Assembly (NCBI GenBank): GCA_963422395.1
Contig: OY729431.1
Location: 2,176,001-2,240,000, forward strand
DNA: 64,000 nt
DNA from: Vicinamibacteria bacterium
GTDB taxonomy: Bacteria; Acidobacteriota; Vicinamibacteria; Marinacidobacterales; Marinacidobacteraceae
Reading direction: 5' to 3'
In this document: piece by piece, positions 31,791-41,701 of the stretch
How positions within the stretch are numbered: position 1 is the stretch's first letter
How the letters are laid out: every line of letters begins with the position of its first letter
Notes under the pieces: generated by a model
The model's database searches: none
The model's input: the letters and a program-made list of their open reading frames with translations, nothing else
Told to the model about the DNA's origin: nothing
Program-made: the position numbers and the translations under genes

Positions 31791-34700
31791 TTACTGCGAA
31801 ACGGCCCCGGCGGCGGTGAGTCGGGCCAGAATGTCGTCGAGCTGTTCCCGCAGCTCCGAAAAGCGCTCGACTGCATCACGGCCGGGCGGCTGGTCGGCGG
31901 TATCGAGATTCGAAGCCAGATAGCGGATCTGATCCACCAGCATCGGCTGCGAGTAACGCACCGGCCGGGCGACCAGCTCCTCGTGGATCGCTTCGAGTTC
32001 TGCCTCGTTTTCGGCGTTGCCGCCAGCCTCCATCGCGGCTTCGAGCCGGGCGGCCGCCATGCGCGCCTCGCCGAGAGCATCCCGCGCCGCGAGCGCCAGC
32101 GCCACCTGCTCCCGGATCTGTTCCGCAGTGACCCAACCTTCACGAACCACCCGCGGGTCCATCCGCAGACGGAAATCCCGAACCTGGGTGACGCCCCCTG
32201 CGGTCAGCTCGACGGTGTATCGGCCCGGCGCAGCGAGCACCCCGCGCCCGGAGACCTGGCCCTCGCCGTCGAGGGCGCCCTCGTGGCGCATGTCCCAGGA
32301 GAATCGATGAACGCCGGCGCTCGTCGGCACCGCGGGGCTCCCGCTGGTACGGAAACCGGGCGCGCGCATCCCCTGGGTCCGCTCGCTCGCGGCGCCGGGT
32401 CCGGCGCTCTGGAAACTCTTCACCAGCGCACCCTGCTCGTCGCGCACTTCGAGCCGTGCTTCTTCCACATCCTCGGGCAAACTCCAGGTGAAGCGGGGGC
32501 CGGGGGTGGGGTACTCGGGGTCGGCAGGCCCGCGAGCGCTGAAGGGGGAGCCGCTGAAGCGGAACCTCACCTCATCCCGGGGATCGAAGAGATACATCCC
32601 CTCGGCCGGCGGTGTCTCGTGAAGCGGGGAAATATCGTCGAGGATCCAAAAACCCCTACCCATCGTGGAGAGGACGAGATCCTTTCCGATGACCTTGATG
32701 TCGGTGATCGGCGTTACCGGGAGGTTTTGCTGGAAGGAAGTCCAGCTCGCACCGTCGTCGAAGGAAAGGAACATCCCCCATTCCGTCCCCAGGTAGAGCA
32801 GCCCTTCGCGATCCGGATCCTCGCGAACGACACGCACCGGATGGTCGTTCGGGACGCCGTTCGAGCCGTCGGTGATTCGGGTCCAGGTCTCGCCGTAATC
32901 GTTGGTGCGGTAGGCATGCGGGGTGAAGTCGCCGAGTTGGTATCGAAGGATCGCCGCATACGCCCGGGACGGTCGATGGGGAGAAACCTCGATGTTCTGG
33001 ACGCGGCCGTAAGGGCCGATTCCCGGCGGAGTGACTTCTTTCCAGGTGTGTCCGCCGTCGCGAGTCACATGGATGGGTCCGTCGTTCGCACCGGCCCAGA
33101 TCACTCCTTCTTCATGAGGGGATTCCTGGACATCGTAGAGCACTGCGAAGTGCTCTTCGCCGGTCACATCCAGAGTGATCGGATCTCCGGAAACCACCTG
33201 CGTTTCGGGAGTGAATGCCGTCAGGTCGGGGGAAATCGTGCGCCAGGTGCGCCCACCGTTCTCCGTTACATGGACATACTGGGATGCGTGATAGACGCGC
33301 GTCGGATCATGCGGCGACACATGGATGGGAACCGTCCGCTGAAAACGGTAACGAAGATCTTTCGGATTGTGCCCGTAGATGTTCCAGAAGCCGACATAGT
33401 ACTGCTCTTCCTGCCCGGTGCGCCGGTTGTAGAGTCCGAAACGGCCCTTGCAGTTCGCATACACGACATCCGGGTCCCCTGGTTTCGGAACTGCCGGTCC
33501 GGTTTCGCAACCGCCGATCGCTTCCCAGTGCGCAGTGTGGCCGCCCGGACGGTAGTGCGTGGGATAACTGGGAACCGAGATCGTGGAGTTGTCCTGCTGT
33601 CCCGCGTAGAGCCGATACGGAAAGTCGTCGCTCACATCCACCTGATATAGCTCCGCGGTCGGCTGGTTCTCCTGCGTGGACCAGGTTTCGCCGCCGTCGA
33701 TGGTGATGTTCGCGCCCCCGTCGTTGGACTGGATCTGGATGTCGGGGTCGTTCGGATCGACCCAGAGGTCGTGGTTGTCGCCGTGGGGAGTGAACTTCCG
33801 CTCCCAGGTTACGCCGCCGTCGGTGGACTCGAAGTACCCCTCGGCCATTCCCCAGAGCGTGTCGGCATCCGTCGGGTGGGCGTGGAGATTCGTGTAGTAG
33901 AAGGGCCGGTTGCGGATCGGCTGAAAGTCGCTCACCTGCCGCCAGCTGTCTCCTTCGTCGTCCGAGCGGTACACCCCGCCCTCGCTGCCCGGCGCCTCGA
34001 TGAGTACATAGACCCGTGACGGATCAGCAGCAGAAACCGCGAGGTCCGACTTGCCGCGAAGGCCCTGCGGCAGACCGTTTTCGAGCTTCTCCCAGGTATC
34101 GCCGCCGTCTCTCGACCGCTGCACGCCGCCTTCCATCCCGCCGGAGCGGATGGTCCAGGGCTTCCTCTCCGCTTCCCACATCGAGGCGTAGATGGTGTTC
34201 GGGTCCCCGGGCCGAAACTCGAGATCGGTCGCACCCGTCCGTTCGGAGACGAAGAGCACCAGCTCCCAGCTTTCGCCGCCGTCCCGCGTCCGATAGACGC
34301 CGCGTTCCGGATTCGCCGCGAAGGGGTTACCGATCGCCGCGACCCAGGCGGTATCGGGGTCCTCCGGATGGATGAGGACAGCGCCGGTGTTGCCCGTGTT
34401 CTCGAGACCGATACCGCGCCAGGTCTCTCCCGCGTCGTCCGAGCGGTAGGCCCCCTTCCCGAGGATCACATTGCTCCTGAGACCATCGGATCCCGTGGTC
34501 ACATAGACGATATTCGGATCGCTCTCGGCGACCGCGATGGCGCCGATCGAGGGACTGCGGAAGACGCCGTCGGAGATCGGGCGCCAGTTGTGGCCGTAAT
34601 CGGTGGTCTTCCAGACCCCGCCGCCGGTTGCGCCCATATAGAAGGTGCCGGGATGCGCTCGGTGCCCGGCCACCGCGGTGACCCGGCCGCCTCGGGAGGG

Positions 34701-34820
34701 ACCGACCGTGCGGTAGCGCATGGCAGCCAGCAGATCGGGGTCCGGCTGGGCGAAGAGCGGCGCCGCGGCCAGCACCGCGGGGAACACCGCGAACGGAAAG
34801 GAGAACGAACGCTTGCGCAT
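31791..34820 (-). CDS. Secreted BNR/VPS10-repeat glycosyl hydrolase-like protein
   Basis: Signal peptide MRKRSFSF..; GPSRGGRVTAV; many SxDGGxTW Asp-boxes; HGDNHDLW. Confidence 0.85.
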   Translation of the reverse strand: MRKRSFSFPFAVFPAVLAAAPLFAQPDPDLLAAMRYRTVGPSRGGRVTAVAGHRAHPGTFYMGATGGGVWKTTDYGHNWRPISDGVFRSPSIGAIAVAESDPNIVYVTTGSDGLRSNVILGKGAYRSDDAGETWRGIGLENTGNTGAVLIHPEDPDTAWVAAIGNPFAANPERGVYRTRDGGESWELVLFVSERTGATDLEFRPGDPNTIYASMWEAERKPWTIRSGGMEGGVQRSRDGGDTWEKLENGLPQGLRGKSDLAVSAADPSRVYVLIEAPGSEGGVYRSDDEGDSWRQVSDFQPIRNRPFYYTNLHAHPTDADTLWGMAEGYFESTDGGVTWERKFTPHGDNHDLWVDPNDPDIQIQSNDGGANITIDGGETWSTQENQPTAELYQVDVSDDFPYRLYAGQQDNSTISVPSYPTHYRPGGHTAHWEAIGGCETGPAVPKPGDPDVVYANCKGRFGLYNRRTGQEEQYYVGFWNIYGHNPKDLRYRFQRTVPIHVSPHDPTRVYHASQYVHVTENGGRTWRTISPDLTAFTPETQVVSGDPITLDVTGEEHFAVLYDVQESPHEEGVIWAGANDGPIHVTRDGGHTWKEVTPPGIGPYGRVQNIEVSPHRPSRAYAAILRYQLGDFTPHAYRTNDYGETWTRITDGSNGVPNDHPVRVVREDPDREGLLYLGTEWGMFLSFDDGASWTSFQQNLPVTPITDIKVIGKDLVLSTMGRGFWILDDISPLHETPPAEGMYLFDPRDEVRFRFSGSPFSARGPADPEYPTPGPRFTWSLPEDVEEARLEVRDEQGALVKSFQSAGPGAASERTQGMRAPGFRTSGSPAVPTSAGVHRFSWDMRHEGALDGEGQVSGRGVLAAPGRYTVELTAGGVTQVRDFRLRMDPRVVREGWVTAEQIREQVALALAARDALGEARMAAARLEAAMEAGGNAENEAELEAIHEELVARPVRYSQPMLVDQIRYLASNLDTADQPPGRDAVERFSELREQLDDILARLTAAGAVSQ

Positions 34821-34923
34821 CGGAATGATGCCTCCGAAAATTTTCAGGACCGGACCCAGAACCCGGTGAGAGCCCGAGGGGGCCCGGCCGCCTCGAAACC
34901 GCCTATCGCGGAAGCGGGCGATT

Positions 34924-35604
34924 CTATCGGCGGGATCGCGGAGAACGGCTCCTGCCGGCTCCCCGGGGTGCGAAGGGTGGCCCCTCCTTTCCTCCCGCCG
35001 GCCCTCCCCGAGCCGGTGCGCGGCCCGGAAGCGGCAGAGCATCGGCGGCGCGAGGCGGAAGCGCGGGCCGTCCCGCACGCACCGGCCCGGAAGCGGATTC
35101 CGACCCGGCGGCCGAAAGGCCGGGAGCTCGCCGACGGGGAGTGCCGCCCCTCTCCGCACGCTGGCCCGAGCCTCTCTCGAAGTGCCGACGGCGGGCAGCC
35201 GAGAGTGGCGATCGCGAGGCCTCGGCAGCGAGGATGCCCACCAGGACATCGGGCCGACGGGGCCGCGGTTCGAAGAGCGCGGCGCCCCCCTCGAACCACG
35301 GCTGCCGGTTCGGGGCGAGAGGCAGAAGCGCGAAACGGGCAGCACCGCGCGAGGCGACCTCGAGCAGCTCCTGTTTCTCGCGCTCCCAGCCGACCCGGAA
35401 GTCCAGGTGATCCTCGTCGAGGTCGGCCACCGTGATCGCGAGAACCGACGCTGCTGCCCCCCCAGGCTCCTGCGCTCCGATGCTGCCGGCGAGCGCGACC
35501 GGGGACACGAGCAAGAACCCGATCAGCAATTCGCCAGCGAGGACGATCGCTCCTCGGGATGCCGAGCTCCGCATTCCCGAACCGCGTGCCGCCGAACTGT
35601 GCAT
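34924..35604 (-). CDS. Hypothetical exported protein, possibly frameshifted
   Basis: Signal-like LLIGFLLVSPVALA followed by globular sequence; composition degrades after ~35220. Confidence 0.3.
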   Translation of the reverse strand: MHSSAARGSGMRSSASRGAIVLAGELLIGFLLVSPVALAGSIGAQEPGGAAASVLAITVADLDEDHLDFRVGWEREKQELLEVASRGAARFALLPLAPNRQPWFEGGAALFEPRPRRPDVLVGILAAEASRSPLSAARRRHFERGSGQRAERGGTPRRRAPGLSAAGSESASGPVRAGRPALPPRAADALPLPGRAPARGGPAGGKEGPPFAPRGAGRSRSPRSRR

Positions 35605-35739
35605 CACCTCAGCAGGCAAGCAAGCGATATGCCCGAAAGCGGCTCCCGCTGTCCTTCGACGCCGCGCCTTCCCGCCCTTCCCTTCCGAACCCTCGGGCTT
35701 GGTACCCTGCCCGCTCCCGAAAAGAGAGGCTCGACCACC

Positions 35740-36777
35740 ATGCAGCACCGGATTTCGATCCCGCCGCCGAAGGCGGTTCTGGAGCGCGCAGCGGCGATGG
35801 CCGCACTGCTGCTGGGTGCGCTGTTCGCCGCGCCCGCCGCGTTCGCCCAGACCGGCAGCGAACCCCTTCTGGAAGAGGAGTGGAGGCGCCTCGAACCCCT
35901 CTCGGGAGGACGACTCGGACTGGCCGCCGTCCATCTCGAGACCGGGCGCACCGCATACCTCCACCCGGACGAGCGGTTTCCCATGGCCAGCACCTACAAG
36001 GTGCCGATCGCGGTGGAGCTCCTCCGCCGGGTGGACGAGGGAGAGTTCGGCCTCGACCGGATGGTGGACATCGAGCCTTCCGATCTTTCCCCGGGCAGCG
36101 GGGTGATCAGCCGGTTGCTGGACGACCCCGGCGTTTCGCTCTCGATCCGCAACCTGCTCGAGCTGATGCTGCTCGTCAGCGACAACTCCGCGACCGACAT
36201 CTGCCTGCGGACCGCCGGGGGCAGCGAGCGAGTCACCGAGCGGATGGCCGAGCTGGGGGTCGAGGGAATCCAGGTGGGGCGCTCCACCGCCGACCTGATC
36301 ACCAACTATGTCGGGGCCGAAAATCTGCCGCCGCGCGGCGAGCGGGTCCGCGCCACCTACACGGAGCACTACGAGCAGGTTCCCGACGAAGACCGGGAGC
36401 GGGCCCGCGCCGCCTTCGAAGCTGACCGCCGCGATACCGCCACTCCTCGGGGAATGGCCGAACTGCTGGTCCGCATCTGGAAGGGCGAGGGTCTTGCGGC
36501 GGAAAGCCGCGGCCTGTTGCTCGACATCATGGAGCGCTGCGAGACCGGTGCCGGCCGGCTCAAGGGAAGGCTGCCCCAGGGGACGGTAGTGGCCCACAAG
36601 ACCGGAACCATCGGACGCACCACGAACGATGTGGGGATCATCACGCTTCCGTCGGGAGCGGGCCATCTGGTGGTGGCTGCCTTCGTCGAGGAATCGGACG
36701 AACCGGTGCCGGTCCGGGAAAAAGCCATCGCCGAGGCGGCGCGCGCCGCGCACGACTACTTCCTCTTCGTGCGCTGA
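35740..36777 (+). CDS. Class A beta-lactamase-like serine hydrolase (atypical omega loop)
   Basis: FPMASTYK (SxxK), SDN, HKTG, DTATP; signal peptide. Confidence 0.85.
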   Translation: MQHRISIPPPKAVLERAAAMAALLLGALFAAPAAFAQTGSEPLLEEEWRRLEPLSGGRLGLAAVHLETGRTAYLHPDERFPMASTYKVPIAVELLRRVDEGEFGLDRMVDIEPSDLSPGSGVISRLLDDPGVSLSIRNLLELMLLVSDNSATDICLRTAGGSERVTERMAELGVEGIQVGRSTADLITNYVGAENLPPRGERVRATYTEHYEQVPDEDRERARAAFEADRRDTATPRGMAELLVRIWKGEGLAAESRGLLLDIMERCETGAGRLKGRLPQGTVVAHKTGTIGRTTNDVGIITLPSGAGHLVVAAFVEESDEPVPVREKAIAEAARAAHDYFLFVR

Positions 36778-36836
36778 AACTTCGAGGATCCGATCGAGGA
36801 GCCCGCTTCGGAAGAGCGCCCGGCGGCCTGGAGGCC

Positions 36837-37541
36837 TCAGCGCTCCTTCTTCGCTTCGAGCTTGCGTTCGAGTTCCCGGAGGCGGTCTTCCGCCTCGGCG
36901 AGCCGCTCGGCGAGAGCGCTGAAATCGAATTCGCTCATCCGTTCGCGGGCTTCCTCGAAGGCGCGCTGCATCGCCTCCCGCGCTTCCTCGCCTGCGGCCA
37001 GAGCGCGGGGCAGTTCGGCCTCCAGCACCTGGAGTCCCTCGAGGTCCGGAAGATCGAAGTCGCCGGCGAACCAGGCGCCCCGCTCGCGCTCGGCGAGCGT
37101 CGCAGTCAGGGTCAGCGGTGCTCCGGAGCGGATGACCTCGATCCCCACCGACTCTTCCGGATCGAGCCGCGCCACGGCCCGCGCCAATTCTCGGGCGTGG
37201 TCCACCGCCTCTCCGCCGATCCGGAGGATCACATCGCCCACCTCGAATCCGGCGGCCGCCGCCGGACTGTCCTCCACGACCCGGGAGACCAGCACTCCGG
37301 CATCCGCGGGCGCGCCGTAGAATTCGCGCAGCTCTTCGGTGATGTTCACCAGCTGGACTCCGAGATAGCCCCGGCCGGACCAGCGCACCACCACTCGCGG
37401 TTTCGCCGGCGAAAGCGATGCGCGCACCCGGACCTGCTCTTTCAGGACCGGCTCGACTCGGTGGTTCTGCGCGGCGGCGAACACCGGAACGGCGAGGGCC
37501 AGTACGGTGCAGTTCCTTACTCTGGTGGTGAGGGTCTTCAT
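36837..37541 (-). CDS. Secreted PDZ-domain protein
   Basis: GYLGVQL...GVLVSRVVEDSPAAAAG..VGDVI; C-terminal coiled coil. Confidence 0.85.
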   Translation of the reverse strand: MKTLTTRVRNCTVLALAVPVFAAAQNHRVEPVLKEQVRVRASLSPAKPRVVVRWSGRGYLGVQLVNITEELREFYGAPADAGVLVSRVVEDSPAAAAGFEVGDVILRIGGEAVDHARELARAVARLDPEESVGIEVIRSGAPLTLTATLAERERGAWFAGDFDLPDLEGLQVLEAELPRALAAGEEAREAMQRAFEEARERMSEFDFSALAERLAEAEDRLRELERKLEAKKER

Positions 37542-37579
37542 CGGAGTTCTCCTCGATACGGATCGTCAACTACGAATCG

Positions 37580-38101
37580 TCAACGGCGCTGGTCCGAGGC
37601 GGGGACCACCGCAGGGGTTCGTGATAGGGCCGGAGGGTTCAGGTAGCTCTGGACATCGAGGAACAGGTCCAGCTGGTCGGTTCCCCCGATTCGAATCAGC
37701 GGGCCGAACGGCGGTTCCCCGGAGAACCGCCGCATCGTCTCGATCTCCTCGGCGAGCAGCCGGTATTCCTCGAGAATCGCTTCGAACTCCTGCCGGGCCG
37801 GGTCGGAGAACTCCGGCCCCGATGCGGACGCCATCGAACGCCCACCGGGCGGCTCCTCTGCTCCCGACCGGGAAGACCCAATCGAAGAACCCGTCGAAGG
37901 CTCCATCCAGGGGCGGAAGAGCAGTCCGGAGGCGGCGAGTGCCGCCGCTGCCGCTCCGAGCAGCCAGGGTCGGAAGCGGCGGCGGTCGTGCTCGGACCGC
38001 ACCCGGGTCATGACGGCCTCGGCGAAGCCGGGCGGCGGCGCCGGAAGCGGGAGCTCCCGCAACATTCGGCGCAGCTCGCCGTCTTCGGGGCTCTCGGTCA
38101 T
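37580..38101 (-). CDS. Putative anti-sigma factor (single TM)
   Basis: LRELPLPAPPPGFAEAVM, one hydrophobic helix; ATGA-coupled to the ECF sigma. Confidence 0.7.
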   Translation of the reverse strand: MTESPEDGELRRMLRELPLPAPPPGFAEAVMTRVRSEHDRRRFRPWLLGAAAAALAASGLLFRPWMEPSTGSSIGSSRSGAEEPPGGRSMASASGPEFSDPARQEFEAILEEYRLLAEEIETMRRFSGEPPFGPLIRIGGTDQLDLFLDVQSYLNPPALSRTPAVVPASDQRR

Positions 38102-38778
38102 CCGGGGACTCCTTCCAGGCAGGCCTTCTCGCCAGACCCGTCGGCAGCGGCGCTTTCGACGAGCGGGGCGAGAAGCCTCCGAAGGTGCTTCCTGCCCCGA
38201 TGGGCGCGGGACTTCACGGTTCCTTCCTCCACTCCTAGCATCTCGGCGATCTCCCGATAGGACCAGCCTTCGAGATCGCGCAGCAACACGGCTTCCCGGA
38301 ACACGAGCGGCACCCGGGGCAACGCGCGCCGGAGTGCTTCCCGAACCTCCGACCGCCATGCCGCCTCTTCGGGACGGCTCTCCGGACCGCGGCCCGGCAA
38401 CTCTCCGGTGTCCGCCGGCGCCGCATCGAGGGAAAGGTGGAGCGCGCGCTGATCCGATCGGCGAAAGCGGCTTCGAACCAGGTTCGCGGCGATCTGGAAC
38501 ACCCACGCTTCGAAGCGCCCGGACTCCCGATAGCGAGAGGCGGAACGGTAGATCCGGAGGAAGGTCTCCTGCGCCAGGTCGGCGGCGACCGCCGGGTCCT
38601 CGACGAGGCTTGCAAAGTAGCCGAAGAGGCGCTTCTCGTAGCGGCGCACGAGCGGCTCGAAGGCCTCGGGATTCCCCTTCCGGACCCGGGCCATCAGCGC
38701 CGCATCGGAAATCTCCGCGTTCGGCACCGCTTCGGCGGCAGGGAACGGAATCGCGGGACTCAGGGCGTCGGCGGCCAT
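38098..38778 (-). CDS. ECF (sigma-70 group 4) sigma factor
   Basis: AFEPLVRRY, DLAQETFLR, WVFQIAAN, SYREIAEMLGVEEGTVKSR. Confidence 0.93.
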   Translation of the reverse strand: MAADALSPAIPFPAAEAVPNAEISDAALMARVRKGNPEAFEPLVRRYEKRLFGYFASLVEDPAVAADLAQETFLRIYRSASRYRESGRFEAWVFQIAANLVRSRFRRSDQRALHLSLDAAPADTGELPGRGPESRPEEAAWRSEVREALRRALPRVPLVFREAVLLRDLEGWSYREIAEMLGVEEGTVKSRAHRGRKHLRRLLAPLVESAAADGSGEKACLEGVPG

Positions 38779-39074
38779 CGGCTCTGCGGGGAAAGAACGC
38801 CCGGGAGGGCTCTCCGTTCCCGAAGACCTCTTCCGCCTGTGGGCGCAGCGGGCCGCCGGTGCTCCCGCAGGCCCCGGCGGGCTCGCTCAGCAGCTCATTT
38901 CCGAAGCCGCCCGGCCACGGCATCCCGGTGGAACTCTCATCCGGAGAACGGACAGCCAGCTGTCTGCGCCGCAGAAAAGAACGACGCCCTTTTATGGATT
39001 AGGTCGATTCGTCGATCGACCACTACATGACAGTAGGGTCGATCGTGTCTGGAATCGTTCTGCGGCGCAGGCTG

Positions 39075-39668
39075 CTAAGGAGAACTGAGGCTGGTCTGGT
39101 AGGCGGTTCCGCCCCAGGCGAAGCGGAGCTGGCCGTCCTCGATCGTGATCTCGAAGACATCGCCAGCCTCGGCGCCGTCAGCCCGTTCGAGCGGGACCCG
39201 TGCCGCTTCCTGATCTTCGATCGCCGCATATCCCGAAAGCATCGGCCAGGGTTCGGCCCGCATCGCCTCGGGAGCGCGAGACGAGAGTTCGCCGAGCGGA
39301 ATGCCCAGGTGCCGGTTCACGAGCAGCGACCACGCGCCCGATTCCGGAATGTGGAGGTAGAGGCTGTACCGGCCCGCAGGAACGGAATGAGCACCGATCG
39401 TCAGCTCGGCCGAAGTCTCGAGCGTCGTCACCTGATTCTCGCCGGCCCTCCAGATGCGCTCCTCGGGAAGCATGTCGAGCAGATCGGAGAGCATTCGGTC
39501 GCCCAGGGCGGGGCGGCCGTAGTCGATCGCTACCGCCGCACCGCCGACCTCACCGCTCGCCGCGCCGCGCGGGTTGGGAGATTGGGAAGCCGCTTCGGCG
39601 GCCGGGAGAGCGAGCAAGAGAGCGGTCGAGAGGAATCGGGTCATCGAGCGAGAAAGATGGCGAGACAT
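39075..39668 (-). CDS. DUF2911-like exported protein
   Basis: SP...IDYGRP, IWRAGEN..T, VPAGRYSLY. Confidence 0.75.
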   Translation of the reverse strand: MSRHLSRSMTRFLSTALLLALPAAEAASQSPNPRGAASGEVGGAAVAIDYGRPALGDRMLSDLLDMLPEERIWRAGENQVTTLETSAELTIGAHSVPAGRYSLYLHIPESGAWSLLVNRHLGIPLGELSSRAPEAMRAEPWPMLSGYAAIEDQEAARVPLERADGAEAGDVFEITIEDGQLRFAWGGTAYQTSLSSP

Positions 39669-39711
39669 CGGGCGGGAAACCTCCGTTTCGGAATATTCAG
39701 CGTGGGCGGCT

Positions 39712-40254
39712 TCAGGAGTAGAGCATCGCGTACACGACGAGACCGGTCAGCGACGCACAGAGCCATACCGGAACGGTAACCCGCGCCCAGCGGCGGTGGA
39801 AGGGAAACCGGCGGGCGGCAGCGAGCAGGGCGGTGGTGAGGACGAGCGGAAGAGCGGCCGCGGAAGCGAGGATGTGGGTGATCAGGGTGAAGAAATACAC
39901 CGGACGCAGGAGTCCGGTCCCGGGGTACGGCGTATCTCCCCGGTAATAGTGGTAGATCCCATACCCGGCCAGAAACCCGGCGCCGCAAACGAGAGCGGCG
40001 ATCAGCAAGCCCGCGTGCAGGCGGCGGCGGCCGGCGCGGATCGCGAGCACCCCGAGGCAAACGAGCGTGGCGGCGGCGGCATTGAAGGCGGCATTGAGCG
40101 ACGGGAGCCCCGCCGTCCACTCGGGAACCGAGGCCGCCGCAGGGCGGAAGTACAGCGAGTACAGGAGAAACGCGAACACCGCACCGCTGGCCAGGAAAGC
40201 GGCGCGTACGAGGCGGCGCACCTCGACCGGAAGAGGAACGGACTTCGCACTCAC
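39712..40254 (-). CDS. DUF420-like membrane protein
   Basis: LPSLNA, YFFTLITHIL, HRRWAR.T.PVW...TG..VY. Confidence 0.8.
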   Translation of the reverse strand: MSAKSVPLPVEVRRLVRAAFLASGAVFAFLLYSLYFRPAAASVPEWTAGLPSLNAAFNAAAATLVCLGVLAIRAGRRRLHAGLLIAALVCGAGFLAGYGIYHYYRGDTPYPGTGLLRPVYFFTLITHILASAAALPLVLTTALLAAARRFPFHRRWARVTVPVWLCASLTGLVVYAMLYS

Positions 40255-40258
40255 GACT

Positions 40259-40612
40259 TCACCTCCTGGGGAACAGATAGTTGGCGACGATGACGAAGAG
40301 CCCGAGAACCGAGGCCGTCGTCGCGCCGATCAGCGTGCTGAGAACGAGGTCGGAGAGCTGGAACGAGAAAACGGCGAACCCGGAAAACAGCACCATCGCA
40401 CCGATCACGGCCAGCCAGCAGGCGACGAGCCAGAACAGACGGTCGGCGTACTTCTTCCGTTCGCCGCGAGCCTGAAGGAGATCGGCGAGCTCCGCCTGAG
40501 CCTTCTGGTCCTCCAGGGACAGCTTCTCTTCGTCGTACAGATCGGCTGTTCCATCATCGCGATCCGAGGAGGGCGCGGCCGCCTGGACGCGGCCCAGGTC
40601 AGGTTCCGGCAC
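40259..40612 (-). CDS. Two-TM membrane protein, candidate PanT toxin
   Basis: GTG start overlaps the Panacea gene 3' end; acidic N-terminus, RKKYA, two hydrophobic helices, YLF C-terminus. Confidence 0.6.
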   Translation of the reverse strand: MPEPDLGRVQAAAPSSDRDDGTADLYDEEKLSLEDQKAQAELADLLQARGERKKYADRLFWLVACWLAVIGAMVLFSGFAVFSFQLSDLVLSTLIGATTASVLGLFVIVANYLFPRR

Positions 40613-41150
40613 TCGTCCGGATCTTCTGCTCGAAGTGTTCGCGGATGATGCGGTTCGGAATCTCCAGGCGGCGCGCCCCCGGATTCCGGGTCCGGACCTC
40701 ATGCCACGGGCCGCCGGGCTCATGGCTGAGCTGCGACAGTTCCGGCCCCGACATCGGTCCATAGACCTCCCAGACGCGCCCGATGAGTTTCCTGGCGAAC
40801 GCTGCCTCGGGAGGGACGCGCGGCGTCGTCCGACAGAACTCGCCGCCTTCGTACTCCACGGCGATCAAGGGCTTCATGATCGGGCCGCTCCCCCAGACCT
40901 TCACCGCTCGGTAGAGCCCCGGGAAGACCGGGCCCCATCTCCAAGCCTGGACGCACTCGGCGCTCAAAGCGCCCCGCCCGTAACCGAGGTGCCAACCATG
41001 GCCGAAGTACACGAGCTTTTGGAGCTTCATCGGATCGGGCGCCTCTCCGTCCGACTTCGCGATATCCAGGAAGCTGTTGGCGACTGCTTCGGCCAAGTGC
41101 GGCAACTTTTCGACTCCTCCCGGTTCCGAGGGGCGATTCACGCTGCGCAT
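40599..41150 (-). CDS. Panacea / SocA (DUF4065) antitoxin
   Basis: VANSFL, PMKLQKLVYF.HGW, QAWRWGPV..LY, LSQLSH..GGPW. Confidence 0.9.
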   Translation of the reverse strand: MRSVNRPSEPGGVEKLPHLAEAVANSFLDIAKSDGEAPDPMKLQKLVYFGHGWHLGYGRGALSAECVQAWRWGPVFPGLYRAVKVWGSGPIMKPLIAVEYEGGEFCRTTPRVPPEAAFARKLIGRVWEVYGPMSGPELSQLSHEPGGPWHEVRTRNPGARRLEIPNRIIREHFEQKIRTSAGT

Positions 41151-41242
41151 CTTGACACACCAACCGCCCTCGGGCGCCGAAGGAGCCGGCCGCCCGACTG
41201 CCAGTGTCGGTCGTGCGAGTTACAGTATAGTATGTTCATATT

Positions 41243-41701
41243 ATGAAATCATCGGGTTTCCGTTCGCGAGAGGCCGCCGGCCGGCGGGCCCTGGTGCTGA
41301 CGGCGCTCCGCGAGGGCCGGATCGGCACCCAGACCGAGCTCGCCGCCTGGCTCGGGACGCGGGGGCACGCGGTGACGCAGTCCTGCGTCAGCCACGACCT
41401 CCGGAAGATCGGCGCGCGGAAGATCGGCGGCCGTTACCGGATCGCACCGGAGCGGCCGTCCGATCTCGCAGGATTCGCCGGACTCATCGAACGCTTCGCT
41501 CCGGCGGGTCCGCACCTGGTGGTGGTCCGCACCCTCCCCGGCGCCGCGCAGCGCGTCGGCCACGCGATCGATACTGCCGAGTGGCCGGAAGCAGCCGGGT
41601 CGGTAGCCGGCGACGACACGATCTTCGTGGCGAGCGCCACCCCTTCCGGGCAACGCCGGATCCTCGAGCGGCTGAGCGGCGCCCTCGGAGCGGGGCGATG
41701 A
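41243..41701 (+). CDS. argR: Arginine repressor
   Basis: TQTEL, VTQSCVSHDL, RTLPGAA, GSVAGDDTIF. Confidence 0.92.
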   Translation: MKSSGFRSREAAGRRALVLTALREGRIGTQTELAAWLGTRGHAVTQSCVSHDLRKIGARKIGGRYRIAPERPSDLAGFAGLIERFAPAGPHLVVVRTLPGAAQRVGHAIDTAEWPEAAGSVAGDDTIFVASATPSGQRRILERLSGALGAGR

